From a virus: a stretch of 36,488 bases of DNA. Position 1 is the first letter of the stretch; each line of letters starts with the position of its first letter. Position numbers and translations under genes: made by a program. Shown piece after piece: positions 9,519-20,123 of this stretch. The notes under the pieces were generated by a model. It made no database searches. It had not been told where the DNA came from and saw only the letters and a program-made list of their open reading frames with translations. The stretch lies in the IMG/VR virus record IMGVR_UViG_3300021076_000041. One strand, given 5' to 3'.

Positions 9519-9761
9519 ATGAATTTGTCACCGGCAAATGTTGCAAGGCTAAGAGCATTAATGAGAGATGGAGCAACTGTCTTGCAAGAAGTTTCGGATT
9601 TAAGAGAAGGTCTGAAAGAAACTGTCAAAGCAGTGGCCGAAGAACTCGATGTCAAGCCAGCACAGATCAATAAGTTGATAAAGATCTGTTATGAAGGATC
9701 AATGGATGAAAAGAGAGAAGCGTTCGAAGAATTAGAAGAACTTTACAAGTCAAGTATCTAA
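9519..9761 (+). CDS. small protein, possibly DsbA-like (T4 late transcription/DNA-binding)
   Basis: MNLSPANVARLRALMRDGATVLQEVSDLREGLKETVKAVAEELDVKPAQINKLIKICYEG...; AAGGAG upstream; weak resemblance only. Confidence 0.5.
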   Translation: MNLSPANVARLRALMRDGATVLQEVSDLREGLKETVKAVAEELDVKPAQINKLIKICYEGSMDEKREAFEELEELYKSSI

Positions 9762-9782
9762 GGAGAAATATCATTTACATAG

Positions 9783-12726
9783 ATGCATACTATAATAAAA
9801 AAGGTCGGCGAAGCCGAAACGGTAAAGGTAGTTGAAAGAATCAATGGTCAAAGAATTTACAGAGAATTTCAGCCGGATCTTCATTTCTTCGTTAGTGACG
9901 CACGAGGTCAGCATAAGTCTATCTATGGTGACGCATTAAAGAAGATTATTCCAAAATCTATTGAAGAACGATTTAAGACAATTAAATCACTAAGTCATAA
10001 TGTCAAGGTGTGGGAGACAAATGTAAATCCAGTTTACCGTTGTCTCGAACAGAATTATCAAAATTCCGAACTACCTACACCACACGTAGCATTCTTCGAC
10101 ATAGAAACAAGCTTCGATAAAGAGTTGGGGTGGAGCGGCGCCAGTGAAGCAAACAATTTCATTACTGCCATATCAGTTCATTGTCAATGGAAGGATGAGA
10201 TTATCTGTATATCGGTTCCACCCGAAACTATCACAGCCGAAGAAGCGCAAAGTATTGCTGATGAGGTTGGTAATACTATCATTTGTAAGACTGAATTAGA
10301 AATGCTTCAGCTGTTCATAGAGATCATCGAGGATGCTGATATATTAAGTGGGTGGAATTCAGGATGTTATGATATTCCATATCTTATCAACAGAATGAAG
10401 AAAGTCTTAGGTCGCCACGAAGTAAGAAAATTATGTTTGTGGAATCTCGAACCACACGCTCGAATGATTGATCGTGGCGGTAAAGAAGTTCCTACCTATG
10501 ACTTGATAGGTCGAGTTCATATGGACTATATGGAATTATATAAGAAATATAACTATGAGGAACGACATAGTTATGCATTGAACGCCATTGCTGAACTTGA
10601 AGTCGGCGATACGAAGATTCCATACGAAGGCACACTTGATGAGTTATTCAACTGTGACTATAAGAAATTCCTTCAATACAACATTCAAGATACATTGCTG
10701 CTTGATAAGATAGATAAGAAACTACAGTTCATTGATTTGGCAAGTTCCATTGCTCACTCCAATTGTGTCACATTGATGGCTACTGCTGGTGCAGTTGCTG
10801 TGACTGATCAGGCAATTATGATCGAAGCACACAACAGGAATATGATTGTGATGGATAGGTCACAGTTCAGTAATGGAGAAACTCGTGCTGCAGGTGGATG
10901 GGTTGCGACACCGAAGATAGGCTTCCATAGATGGATCGGAACAACAGATATGAAATCACTGTATCCATCTGTGATTCGCGCTTTCAATATGAGCCCCGAG
11001 ACCATTGTAGGCCAAATCAGATTAGACCGAACAAACAAGGCTTTACTGGAATGGGAATCTAAAGGCGGAACTAACGATTTTGCTCATTGGTGGAATGACC
11101 GATTTAATGTTCTTGAAATGGAATATTTTTACGATAATGACATAAGTGAAAAACTTATCTTAGATATGACAAATGGTGATGTATTTGAAGTTACTGGTGC
11201 CGAATTAAGAGATATTATTTTTGAAAGTGAACAAGGTTGGTGTATTAGTGCTAACGGAACTATCTTCAGAACTGACATTGAAGGTGTAATTCCGGGATTG
11301 TTATCAAGATGGTATAGTGAAAGAAAACAACTTCAGAAGATAATGGTAAATTATCAAGGTCTCGAAGATAATGAAAAGATAGAAGGTGTGTTAGTGCCTG
11401 AAGAATTATTCACTAACAAAGATATTTCTGATATCGAAGTCAAGGCTAATCCTTACAATGAGCACGAATCTTACAATCCATCTAAATTATCAAAACTTAT
11501 CTCAACAGGCATTAAGGAAGATATAGTTCAATATATGAATCAACACCATCTTCATATCAAAGATGGTAAGGCAATTCATAGAGATCAGAAAGAATTGAAG
11601 AAATATATTGGGTTTTGGGACAAAAAACAAGCCGTTAAAAAAATCTCGCTAAACAGTCTGTACCGGTGCTCTATTAAATTCAGGCTCCAGATATTTCGAT
11701 CAACGACTTGGTCAATCAGTCACCTTATCAGGCAGAACAATTACGAAACATATGGCAGCTCAAACGAATAAGTTCGTAACTGGCGAATATGACCATTATG
11801 GTGAATCAATGGTCTACGGCGACACAGATTCCTCTATCTTCTCCGTTTGGCCAATGGTAAAAGACGATGTCGAACAAGGGAATATTGCTTGGACAAAAGA
11901 AGACGTGATTGATTTGTATAACAATGTAGCCAAAGAAGTGTCGGCAACATTTCCAGATTTCTTAAATAAGAAACTAAATGTTCCAGAATCCAGGAGCACA
12001 GGTGTAATTGCCAGTTCCAGAGAAGTAGTGGCACAGGCCGGAATCTTTATCAAGAAGAAGAGATATGCTATGCTGATGTATGATAAAGATGGTATCCGAA
12101 AAGATGTAAATGGAAAGGCTGGTGCCGTCAAAGCAATGGGATTAGATTTGAAACGAGCAGACACACCAAAGTTCGTTCAAGAATTTCTATCCGAAATTCT
12201 GCTCGACACTTTAACTGACAAAGGTGAAGATTGTGTCATAAAGAAAATCAAAGAATTCAAAACTAAATTTGAAGATATGAAACCGTGGCAGCAAGGGTCA
12301 CCAAAGGCAGTGAACAAGTTGACATTCTATAAGAAGAAAGAAGAAGACTTCTATGCCAATAAATTTAATGGGATCAAATCCGGGTCCGCCACAATGCCAG
12401 GACACGTTCGAGCAAGCTTGAATTGGAACAAGATGTGTGAAACAAACCACGATCAACACTCAATGAGAATTATCGATGGTCAAAAAGTGATAGTCTGTAA
12501 ATTAAAGACAACAGTTGACAGTCTCTTAACCAGCATTGCCTATCCAGTGGACGAGAACCATTTACCGGATTGGTTTTTGGAATTACCATTTGATAGTGAT
12601 ATTATGATGGCTGCGGGTGTAGATCAGAAAGTGAAAAATTTGATTGGGTGTCTAAATTGGGATTTAGAAAGAACTAATAAGGAAAGAGACTATTTAGAAA
12701 CTTTGTTTGATTTCACGAAACGATAG
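9783..12726 (+). CDS. 43: family-B DNA polymerase, one CGG-T shift within NSLYG
   Basis: FFDIETS exonuclease motif, DMKSLYPS-like TDMKSLYPSVIRAFN, NSLY|G|ALLNSGSRYFDQRLGQSV, YGDTDSS. Frames 9783-11663 and 11665-12726 join by skipping C11664. Confidence 0.93.
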
Positions 12727-12740
12727 TGGAATTTGGTAAA

Positions 12741-12769
12741 TTGACATACGTGTAAAAAACTGTTATACT
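12741..12769 (+). promoter_or_regulatory. sigma70-like promoter, near consensus
   Basis: TTGACA-17 nt-TATACT with extended -10 TG. Confidence 0.7.
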
Positions 12770-12801
12770 GTATGCTATAAACAATAAAAAGGAGCATCAC
12801 A

Positions 12802-13533
12802 ATGATTTTAGATAATTTCAAAGATATTCTCAAACATACACATAATCTCGGTTTTGATATGGTCAAGGTTCTTGGTTCAACCACCGAAACGAAGATTGAA
12901 TCTATGATTGATACTGATATTATTATGTATGGTTCATTGCATAATAATATCACTGGACTATCAGAAACAGTTGGACTTACCAGGCTGAACCTGTTGAAAG
13001 GTTATATTGACAACCCAGGTTATGCTGGTGCAGTAATCAAAATTCTAACACAGACGAATAAAGACAATGTCGAAAGTCCGTCAGGGTTGAAATTTGAAGG
13101 TATGACTGGAACTAATTCAGAATATCGATTTATGTCACAGAAGATGATTGATGAAAATCTTAGAGTTCCTCCTTTCAGAGGCGCTAATTGGAATGTAGTT
13201 ATTACACCAAACTTTACTAAGTTGGCTGAACTATACCATCTATCAAGCACCCACGGATCATATGAAAAATCATTCACTGTGTCAGTAAGTAAGAATACAT
13301 TGTATTTTAACATCGGTGGTGGTGTTGCTGACAATAGCAAGATTGTGGTTGCCGAGAATGTAAATGGAATGTTGGCTAGTCGTCAGTATCCACTTAGCCA
13401 TATACTTGGAGTTTTAAAGATTGGTCAAAGTTCGAAGAGCTGCGTAATGTCATTCTCCGATCAAGGTGCTGTTAAGATTGACATTGACAGCGGACTTGGA
13501 AAATATCAATATGTGATTCCTGAAACTCATTGA
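12802..13533 (+). CDS. probable DNA polymerase sliding clamp (gp45-like)
   Basis: Follows the polymerase; C-terminal GQSSKSCVMSFSDQGAVKIDIDSGLGKYQYVIPE resembles phage clamp C-termini. Confidence 0.55.
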   Translation: MILDNFKDILKHTHNLGFDMVKVLGSTTETKIESMIDTDIIMYGSLHNNITGLSETVGLTRLNLLKGYIDNPGYAGAVIKILTQTNKDNVESPSGLKFEGMTGTNSEYRFMSQKMIDENLRVPPFRGANWNVVITPNFTKLAELYHLSSTHGSYEKSFTVSVSKNTLYFNIGGGVADNSKIVVAENVNGMLASRQYPLSHILGVLKIGQSSKSCVMSFSDQGAVKIDIDSGLGKYQYVIPETH

Positions 13534-13545
13534 GATTATACGACA

Positions 13546-13953
13546 ATGGAACGCGACGAACTTGAGACATTTATTCGGTTGAAATATGATATGTCGACTA
13601 GGGATTATTGGGAATATTTCACAATGTTGCCGGCAGGAACTGATTCAAAGTGGGCTTGGAGATGTGCGTATAGTATCGAACATCTTAATGATAAGACACC
13701 CGGAACTCTAAATTTGATTGAGATGTCAAAGAAATTTAAGGGTAAGCATGACTACGCCGCCTCCGCTGAAGCCGGCGAATTACTAGACGATGCTTGGTTT
13801 GAATCTAATTGTCCAGTGGCATTATCTTTCTACTATGCTGCAACTGGTAGGTATAGCTCGGCACTGTCATATGCAGCCGACTTTGGAAAACAATCAATAA
13901 TGGATTTACTAATAGAAGAATTAATCGAATATGAGAGAAACAATGGCGAGTGA
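13546..13953 (+). CDS. hypothetical protein
   Basis: Intact ORF with a good start, overlapping the next gene. Confidence 0.6.
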   Translation: MERDELETFIRLKYDMSTRDYWEYFTMLPAGTDSKWAWRCAYSIEHLNDKTPGTLNLIEMSKKFKGKHDYAASAEAGELLDDAWFESNCPVALSFYYAATGRYSSALSYAADFGKQSIMDLLIEELIEYERNNGE

Positions 13954-15503
13954 TAAAGTGTATGGTGTGAATCTTTCAGAACGAACTGATCAACGGCGAC
14001 TACGCTCTGTATTTGCCTGCAATTAGCGGATTTTGTACTAATCAATTAAGTAAGATGAATAATGATCCAAATTTCGTGCCATCAAGCAGAATGCCAAAAG
14101 GATTCGAAAATGGTCACCAAGGACTAAATTTTTTAGATAGAGACAAAGGATATTACTATTATAAGTATGGTTTGTATTCAGCGGGACACGCCTATCTTAA
14201 TCTTGCCAAATCAGACACTGAAGAACAGATGATTCAGCAACGAGATAGAAGTGATACTTTGATTATCGGGGATTCCGGGGGATTTCAAATCGCTACCGGT
14301 GTGTTGAAAATTGACTGGACAACATTCAAAACCCCTGCCGGTGATAAAATGCGAGAGGATATTCTTCGTTGGTTAGAACATACTGCAGATTGGAGTATGA
14401 CGCTCGATGTTCCTGCTTTTGCGGCCGAAGGTAATCTTTCTGCCAAAACAGGATTGAAGAAATTTGAAGATACTTTAGATGTTTCACTTTACAATCTGGA
14501 TTATTTTGTTAAGAATAGGAAACCCGGAGCAACAAAGTTCCTTAATGTTCTATCAGGGTCTACTCTTGAGAATGGAATTACTTGGTATGATGCAGTGAAG
14601 CAATACAGTGATCCAAAATGGATGGTTGAGAATGGATTCGGCGAAGATCGAACATTAGAAGGGTGGGCATTTGCTGGTGTAAATAGAACAAGTATGGAAG
14701 CAGCCTTAACTCAAATTCTATTATTGAGACAAGATAATCTATTGAAAGATAAAGATTGGATTCACTTTTTGGGAATTGGAAGATTAGATTGGGGTTGTTA
14801 TCTTACAAGTATAATGAGACAACTGAATAAGCACGATAACCCAAGACTGAAGATTAGTTATGATGCAGCAAGTCCATTCGTTGCTACAGCATATGGATTG
14901 GCTTACAATTATAACTACTTCGATTCAAAGAGATTGACATATTCGATGGGTAAGGCAATTGATGAGAAATATTTCAAGGGTAGTCAATTAGCAATGCCAT
15001 TTCAAAGTCCTATTATGGATAGATTGAAAGTTGGTGATGTATGTGTCCTTGGTGACACAGACCCAAATAAGAATGGTAAGATCGGAAGAACAAGTTGGGA
15101 TACATATACCTATCTACTGTATATGATGCATAATACATACAATCATATTCAGGCTACCCAAGAAATAAATAGGTTGGCAGATATTGAGCATTTACGAAAG
15201 AATGTGAGTTATAAAGACTGGACTAAGACAAAGAAATCTGAGACAATTTGCTTCAGTGACTTTGTTCCAAATAAGATTCTATTCTTTGAAAGTTTCGTGA
15301 AAGATTTACTTGATCCAGCAAACACAGATCCGTTTGGAATGATAGATCATTATCGACCATTCTTGGAAACATTAGACATTGGTAAGATATCAAATCATTC
15401 TTACAAAGGATTGTTTGATTTTACTGAACAACTTCCAGATGAAGATAAACTGGCCGATATAAACGATGAGAAATTAGTAAAACTCGAAAGTGAATTCAAA
15501 TGA
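13943..15503 (+). CDS. dpdA: TGT/DpdA-like deazaguanine transglycosylase with CGG-C shift near N-terminus
   Basis: LIIGDSGGFQIATG (TGT DSGGFQ), TLDVPAF, FLGIGRLDWG; restored N-terminus MASDKVYGVNLSERTDQ|G|DYALYLPAISGFCTNQLSK; length 1561 = 520 codons + 1 nt. Confidence 0.8.
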
Positions 15504-15934
15504 CAGCGAAATATCCAATCTTTAGTAAAGAACCGCCAAGTGATATGTTTCTTGAATCTTTAAACGGGCATCGTAGCGGCTCGCCACATATAGAATGCTA
15601 CTGCGGAAGAAATCACTATTGTCCAGATTCTCAAAGTTACAACGGCGAGGATGAATTTGAACTCGAAGCAAGGGAAGAGAAGAAACTGAATCCTGCTGGT
15701 GTTGTTCTTCACGAAGAATATGATGCAGTGATGGCAATAGATATGGGCGGTCCAGTCTATGTGATTGACTGTGAATGCAATAGCCTTCGTCGATATGAAG
15801 ACATATTTTGGAATTCGAAATCAATTATCCAATCATACTTCCCAAAGAGGGAAGCGTATGAGAAGGAAATGGCAGAACAACAACTGATTGTTGACAAACT
15901 CAAAGGCATTCGCCACGGCACTGAAGCATTTTAA
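15500..15934 (+). CDS. hypothetical Cys-rich protein adjacent to the TGT-like gene
   Basis: ECYCGRNHYCPDS and VIDCECN; starts in the 3' end of the preceding gene. Confidence 0.6.
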   Translation: MTAKYPIFSKEPPSDMFLESLNGHRSGSPHIECYCGRNHYCPDSQSYNGEDEFELEAREEKKLNPAGVVLHEEYDAVMAIDMGGPVYVIDCECNSLRRYEDIFWNSKSIIQSYFPKREAYEKEMAEQQLIVDKLKGIRHGTEAF

Positions 15935-15955
15935 TTTTAACTTTGAAAGAAAATC

Positions 15956-16282
15956 ATGGAAAAGAAATTATTCGTAGTTGATACAATTAGCACCTTTCGT
16001 CTACGTTATGTCATTGAAGCAGAAAACGTAGAAGACGCATATGATGAAGTGGCAATGATAGATTCCGATAACGCTGACAACTCGTTCGACGAACTCACTC
16101 AAAAGTTTCTTGGTGAAATGATTATTGATGGTAGAGAAATTACCAAGGCGCAATTTGATACTATGTTATTAGACCTGGAGAATGATAAAACTGAGACAAG
16201 TTCTCATTGGATGGGCGAATCAATGATTCGAAGAGTTGCGTATCCTGTTGAAGTAGAACAAGGACAGAATGATGAAGAATAG
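15956..16282 (+). CDS. hypothetical phage protein
   Basis: Intact ORF MEKKLFVVDTISTFRLRYVIEAENVEDAYDEV... Confidence 0.65.
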   Translation: MEKKLFVVDTISTFRLRYVIEAENVEDAYDEVAMIDSDNADNSFDELTQKFLGEMIIDGREITKAQFDTMLLDLENDKTETSSHWMGESMIRRVAYPVEVEQGQNDEE

Positions 16283-16571
16283 CAAAATATTGAAGAAAGC
16301 GAAAAAATTAATTAAGTCCGGTGAAGAAAACTATATCTGTGATGCCATTCGCCGCGTTCCAGTCATTTCCACTTGCATTTACCAACGCATAGAGCTACGA
16401 ATGTGGGTTAGCAACTTACTCGGCCGCTGTGGAACCTATGAAGACTGGATTAGGGTTAACCATAGCAAATTATACCGTAAATGGAAACGAGAAGATTACA
16501 AACAAGGAAGACTCGCGTGGCTTGATTGGATGATAGAATACTGGGAAGCAAAGGAGAAGAAAAGTAAATGA
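16269..16571 (+). CDS. hypothetical protein
   Basis: Intact ORF overlapping both neighbours. Confidence 0.6.
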   Translation: MMKNSKILKKAKKLIKSGEENYICDAIRRVPVISTCIYQRIELRMWVSNLLGRCGTYEDWIRVNHSKLYRKWKREDYKQGRLAWLDWMIEYWEAKEKKSK

Positions 16572-17740
16572 GGAAATTATACTACTGTGGAATTGAAAAA
16601 CTTCAGGCAAGATACTCACTACAATTAGAAGACTGGAATACACGAGTCTTCAATCGCAGAAATATCAATTATGAAATTGTCTATGGCGAAGATTTGACCG
16701 GCGACCAAATTGTGACTGGCTCAGTGCTTGATGTGCATGGCCGAAGCTATTACAGCCTTACACAAATGGCAGCATTGGTAAAGTTGATGAAAGCGGGAAG
16801 TATTACTTCCGAGGATGTAATATTCTTCGAAGATTCCTATGTAATGGGGATGTCCTCATTGCCATATATATTTGACCAAATTGATCCAAAATACCGACCA
16901 CGAGTATTTGTAAGATGGCTCGCTAATTCCACCGACCCCGACGATTTCCTATTGAGGAATGGGTCATTGGCGTGGGCTCGACCATTTGAGCAAATGATTG
17001 ATAATTTTGTAGATGGTATTTTTGTAGCATCGGAAGAAATGGTTGCTCACTTGAGGATCTCAGGATTCAAATCACCAATCTATGTCACCGGTCTTCCATT
17101 CTGTAAAGATGAAGTATTAGAAAGAGTGCCAGTTGTAAAGCCTATCAAAGAAAGAAGACGTCGAGTAGTCTTTGGTTCAAGATTTGACGATGAAAAGAAT
17201 CCGAACTTCTATATGGACTTGGCAGAGCATTATTTTAAGATTGACCCATCGACTGAATTTGCTGTTCTGTGCGGACATCCTACATTGAAGAGTAATAATC
17301 CAGAATTAGTAAAAAGAGCAGATAGATTACAGAGGAGCATGGTTAACTTCAAAGTCTATACTGGATTGAAGAAGAATGATTATTACAATCTGGCGGCTGA
17401 TAGTTGGGTAAATTTTAACTGTGCGCTTCAAGATTGGCAAAGTAATCAACCCGGTGAATTAGGCGCTCTTGGAACATTGCTACTCTATCCGGCATATCGA
17501 TCCTTTCCTGAGACTTTTGGAAATAGAGACGAGTTCCTATATATTCCGTGGAGTCTTGATGATGCTATGTCAAAATTACAGAAGATGTTTCTACATCCGG
17601 AAAATTATGATGTAAAGCCGATTGTAGAATGGATAGATGGCGCCATTGATAGAATGTTAGATATTCTTGAAGGCAACGGGGAACAATGGGGAAGAAATGA
17701 ACTCGACTATAGAAAATATGTCACGATTGCCAAATACTAA
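16568..17740 (+). CDS. glycosyltransferase-like protein (GT-B type)
   Basis: DGIFVASEEMVAHLRISGF...IYVTGLPF...RRRRVVFGSRFDDEKNPNFYMDLAE... glycosyltransferase-like pattern. Confidence 0.6.
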   Translation: MRKLYYCGIEKLQARYSLQLEDWNTRVFNRRNINYEIVYGEDLTGDQIVTGSVLDVHGRSYYSLTQMAALVKLMKAGSITSEDVIFFEDSYVMGMSSLPYIFDQIDPKYRPRVFVRWLANSTDPDDFLLRNGSLAWARPFEQMIDNFVDGIFVASEEMVAHLRISGFKSPIYVTGLPFCKDEVLERVPVVKPIKERRRRVVFGSRFDDEKNPNFYMDLAEHYFKIDPSTEFAVLCGHPTLKSNNPELVKRADRLQRSMVNFKVYTGLKKNDYYNLAADSWVNFNCALQDWQSNQPGELGALGTLLLYPAYRSFPETFGNRDEFLYIPWSLDDAMSKLQKMFLHPENYDVKPIVEWIDGAIDRMLDILEGNGEQWGRNELDYRKYVTIAKY

Positions 17741-17920
17741 TTGGTTGAAAATCCAATATCCGTATTCTACGTATATGAGGAAGTGGACGAGCGACTAAAA
17801 GAAAGATGCAATGAGAAATTCGGAGACAATGGAAGATGGCAGTTTTGGGATTGTTTTTTCATCACTACTTTCTATTTCAAAGATGAAGACGATCTTATTG
17901 TATTCAAATTGATATTATGA
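17741..17920 (+). CDS. small protein, diverged member of the EDLxxFILKYG family
   Basis: LVENPISVFYVYEEVDERLKERCNEKFGDNGRWQFWDCFFITTFYFKDEDDLIVFKLIL*; not in the ORF track; TTG start abuts the previous stop. Confidence 0.5.
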   Translation: MVENPISVFYVYEEVDERLKERCNEKFGDNGRWQFWDCFFITTFYFKDEDDLIVFKLIL

Positions 17921-18153
17921 AATTCGTTCTGAATAGAGCAATTGGTTTTCCATATCGATTTACCATAAAAAAATCAGAATTTAAAGGAATTTCTAAAAAA
18001 TGTCGAAGGCTATATGGTAGCCCAAAGAAAGACAGATGGAGAATTAATCAATTTTTATATTCTCAGTATCCTTTCTATCGAATTTATATCAAGGATAAGG
18101 AAGATGCTATGATCTTCATCCTAGCAACAGGAATAGCACCAACACAACTATAA
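17917..18153 (+). CDS. small protein, diverged member of the EDLxxFILKYG family
   Basis: ...YPFYRIYIKDKEDAMIFILATG...; ATGA overlap with upstream gene. Confidence 0.55.
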   Translation: MKFVLNRAIGFPYRFTIKKSEFKGISKKCRRLYGSPKKDRWRINQFLYSQYPFYRIYIKDKEDAMIFILATGIAPTQL

Positions 18154-18167
18154 CCAAGGAAACAACA

Positions 18168-18941
18168 ATGAGCAACTATCACGAACAACTAAAGACAGCA
18201 GTATATTTCATCGGTACTGAAATTGAAAGAACGCCGGCTTTTTCAAAGAAGACATTATTTGTAGTAGGATATCAACCACAGGATGAAATTCTTGCCACAG
18301 CTAAAGAGCATAAGATTACTCATATCTATCTTGGTGCTAATAGAAGTTTCACTTTGAATCACGATTGGAATCATCTGCTTACAAAGTTGCTTGATTCGAA
18401 GGGAATGACAGTCACTTTAGATTATCAGGCAAGTCATCATAAGCAATTGACTCAAGTATTGTCGAGAGGTGTATGGCAATGCCGATCATTTATACCATTA
18501 ATAACAGTTGACATCACAAGCATAAATACATTGAATCAAAACTTGACAGTTAAGATTGATGATCCTGAAAAGAAGAATGATGGTGTTTGGTGCTGGAATC
18601 AGCACGAAATAATGGATTCGAACAAATTTACCGGGTGGAATGAATACGAAGACGATGAATTTATTCAACCGACAAAGGTAGTAGCAGTTCCGCAACCAAG
18701 AGCACGAATTGCCGAAAGAGCAATAACTCAACTTAACAAATCTGAAACGGCACCATTGCCAGTAAATCCAAGCAAAGAAAATATCGCCGATTACTATTCC
18801 GGCGAATTGAAGACAACTTCGGGGTCGATTGGGTCTGATGAAGAAACTCAAAAGGAACCGGAATTGGTATCACAACGCACAGTTAGGAAAGAGAAAGAAG
18901 AATCCGCTAGACATAGAACTTTGAAGAAAGATACAGAATGA
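18168..18941 (+). CDS. hypothetical protein
   Basis: Intact 257-aa ORF with AAGGAAACAACA before ATG. Confidence 0.65.
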   Translation: MSNYHEQLKTAVYFIGTEIERTPAFSKKTLFVVGYQPQDEILATAKEHKITHIYLGANRSFTLNHDWNHLLTKLLDSKGMTVTLDYQASHHKQLTQVLSRGVWQCRSFIPLITVDITSINTLNQNLTVKIDDPEKKNDGVWCWNQHEIMDSNKFTGWNEYEDDEFIQPTKVVAVPQPRARIAERAITQLNKSETAPLPVNPSKENIADYYSGELKTTSGSIGSDEETQKEPELVSQRTVRKEKEESARHRTLKKDTE

Positions 18942-19162
18942 GATTTAAAATCGAATCGTATGAGGAGCAACTCAAGAGAAGTTTTGAAATTAAATCCCAG
19001 TGGCATTCTTGGTTTGCTTGGAGGCCAATAGTTCTAAACATTGAATGTCCTACTTGTGAGATAGTTTGGCTAGAAAGAGTAGCAAGAAAATACGAGTATG
19101 ATACGTGGATATATTCTGATATAGATGACGCATTGGTAGAAATTCTAAAAGGTGAAAAATGA
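18938..19162 (+). CDS. small protein, diverged member of the EDLxxFILKYG family
   Basis: ...YEYDTWIYSDIDDALVEILKGEK*. Confidence 0.55.
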   Translation: MRFKIESYEEQLKRSFEIKSQWHSWFAWRPIVLNIECPTCEIVWLERVARKYEYDTWIYSDIDDALVEILKGEK

Positions 19163-19594
19163 AACGAACATTTGTATATACTACATTTCAAAAAGAAGGC
19201 TATCACTGCTTCCCCGAAGCAGCCACGGATCCAAAATTCAAGACACGGTGATTATTTAGATGTATCACATCTCGGAACTCGTCACTTTCATTACTTTCAT
19301 TTTAAGGTATGGGTTGAAGTATCGCACTTGAATCGTGACATTGAGTTTATTCAGTTGAGAAGGTGGATCGAACAACAGTATGAAACTGGCGCCTTAGAAT
19401 TGAATAATCAGAGTTGTGAGATGTTGGCCGATGGTCTCGTAGACATACTCAAGGATAAGTACCCGGATCAGAAAATCAAAGTTGACGTGTCTGAAGAAGG
19501 CATCAATGGTGCTATTGTAGAATATTCACCAGTAGATTTGTATGATGAAACACTGCGACAAGGTTTAGAAAGTCTAAGAACCATATCTAAATGA
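19159..19594 (+). CDS. queD: QueD-like (6-carboxytetrahydropterin synthase-like) protein with CGG-T shift
   Basis: MKRTFVYTTFQKEGYHCFPEAATDPKFKT|G|DYLDVSHLGTRHFHYFHFKVWVEVSH...DIEFIQLRRWIEQQY...ELNNQSCEMLADGLVDIL...; length 436 = 145 codons + 1 nt. Confidence 0.6.
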
Positions 19595-19863
19595 CTACAG
19601 CCAAGAAATTAATGCCACCCGGAATAAAAGAAGTCATTAGAATTCAATGTAGTAAAGATGGGTGGATTAAAATTTTAGATGGTAATAAATGGATTTGCGA
19701 ATCCGGGATATCATCTGCAACCTTTTATAGATGTCATAAAGACAAGATAAATGATGACTGGGAAATTGTTGATATCAGTGGCTTGACCGAGACCTTCAGT
19801 TGCTTCTTTGGATTCTTTGATATAGATGACGCACTAATTTTTAAGATTAAATTTGGAGATTGA
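19591..19863 (+). CDS. small protein, diverged member of the EDLxxFILKYG family
   Basis: ...ETFSCFFGFFDIDDALIFKIKFGD*. Confidence 0.5.
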   Translation: MTTAKKLMPPGIKEVIRIQCSKDGWIKILDGNKWICESGISSATFYRCHKDKINDDWEIVDISGLTETFSCFFGFFDIDDALIFKIKFGD

Positions 19864-19864
19864 A

Positions 19865-20123
19865 ATGGCAATAAACAACACTACTGGCGCCTCCACCTCT
19901 ACCTCTACTCGGCGACCACACAACACACCACTATGGATTTCCCAATTTCGATAATGTTTCAAGACTCGAGTTTGCTATTGTGCTCGAAAGAATCGCCGAA
20001 ATCGAAAAGAGATTATGTATTCTCCAAGGTCCGGATCCAAAATCATTGGAAAGATTCCAGTCATTGAAGAGTGCATATGAGGATTATAAAATCATTGAAA
20101 AATTGGTAGGTGAAGATGAATAG
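19865..20123 (+). CDS. hypothetical protein visible only with a CGG-C shift
   Basis: MAINNTTGASTSTST|G|DHTTHHYGFPNFDNVSRLEFAIVLERIAEIEKRLCILQGPDPKSLERFQSLKSAYEDYKIIEKLVGEDE*; fills a gap in the ORF track. Confidence 0.7.

Noticed and set aside
9783-12726. Intein or intron in the polymerase at NSLYG
   Set aside because: Only one nucleotide interrupts the motif; sequence on both sides is contiguous coding with no inserted element.
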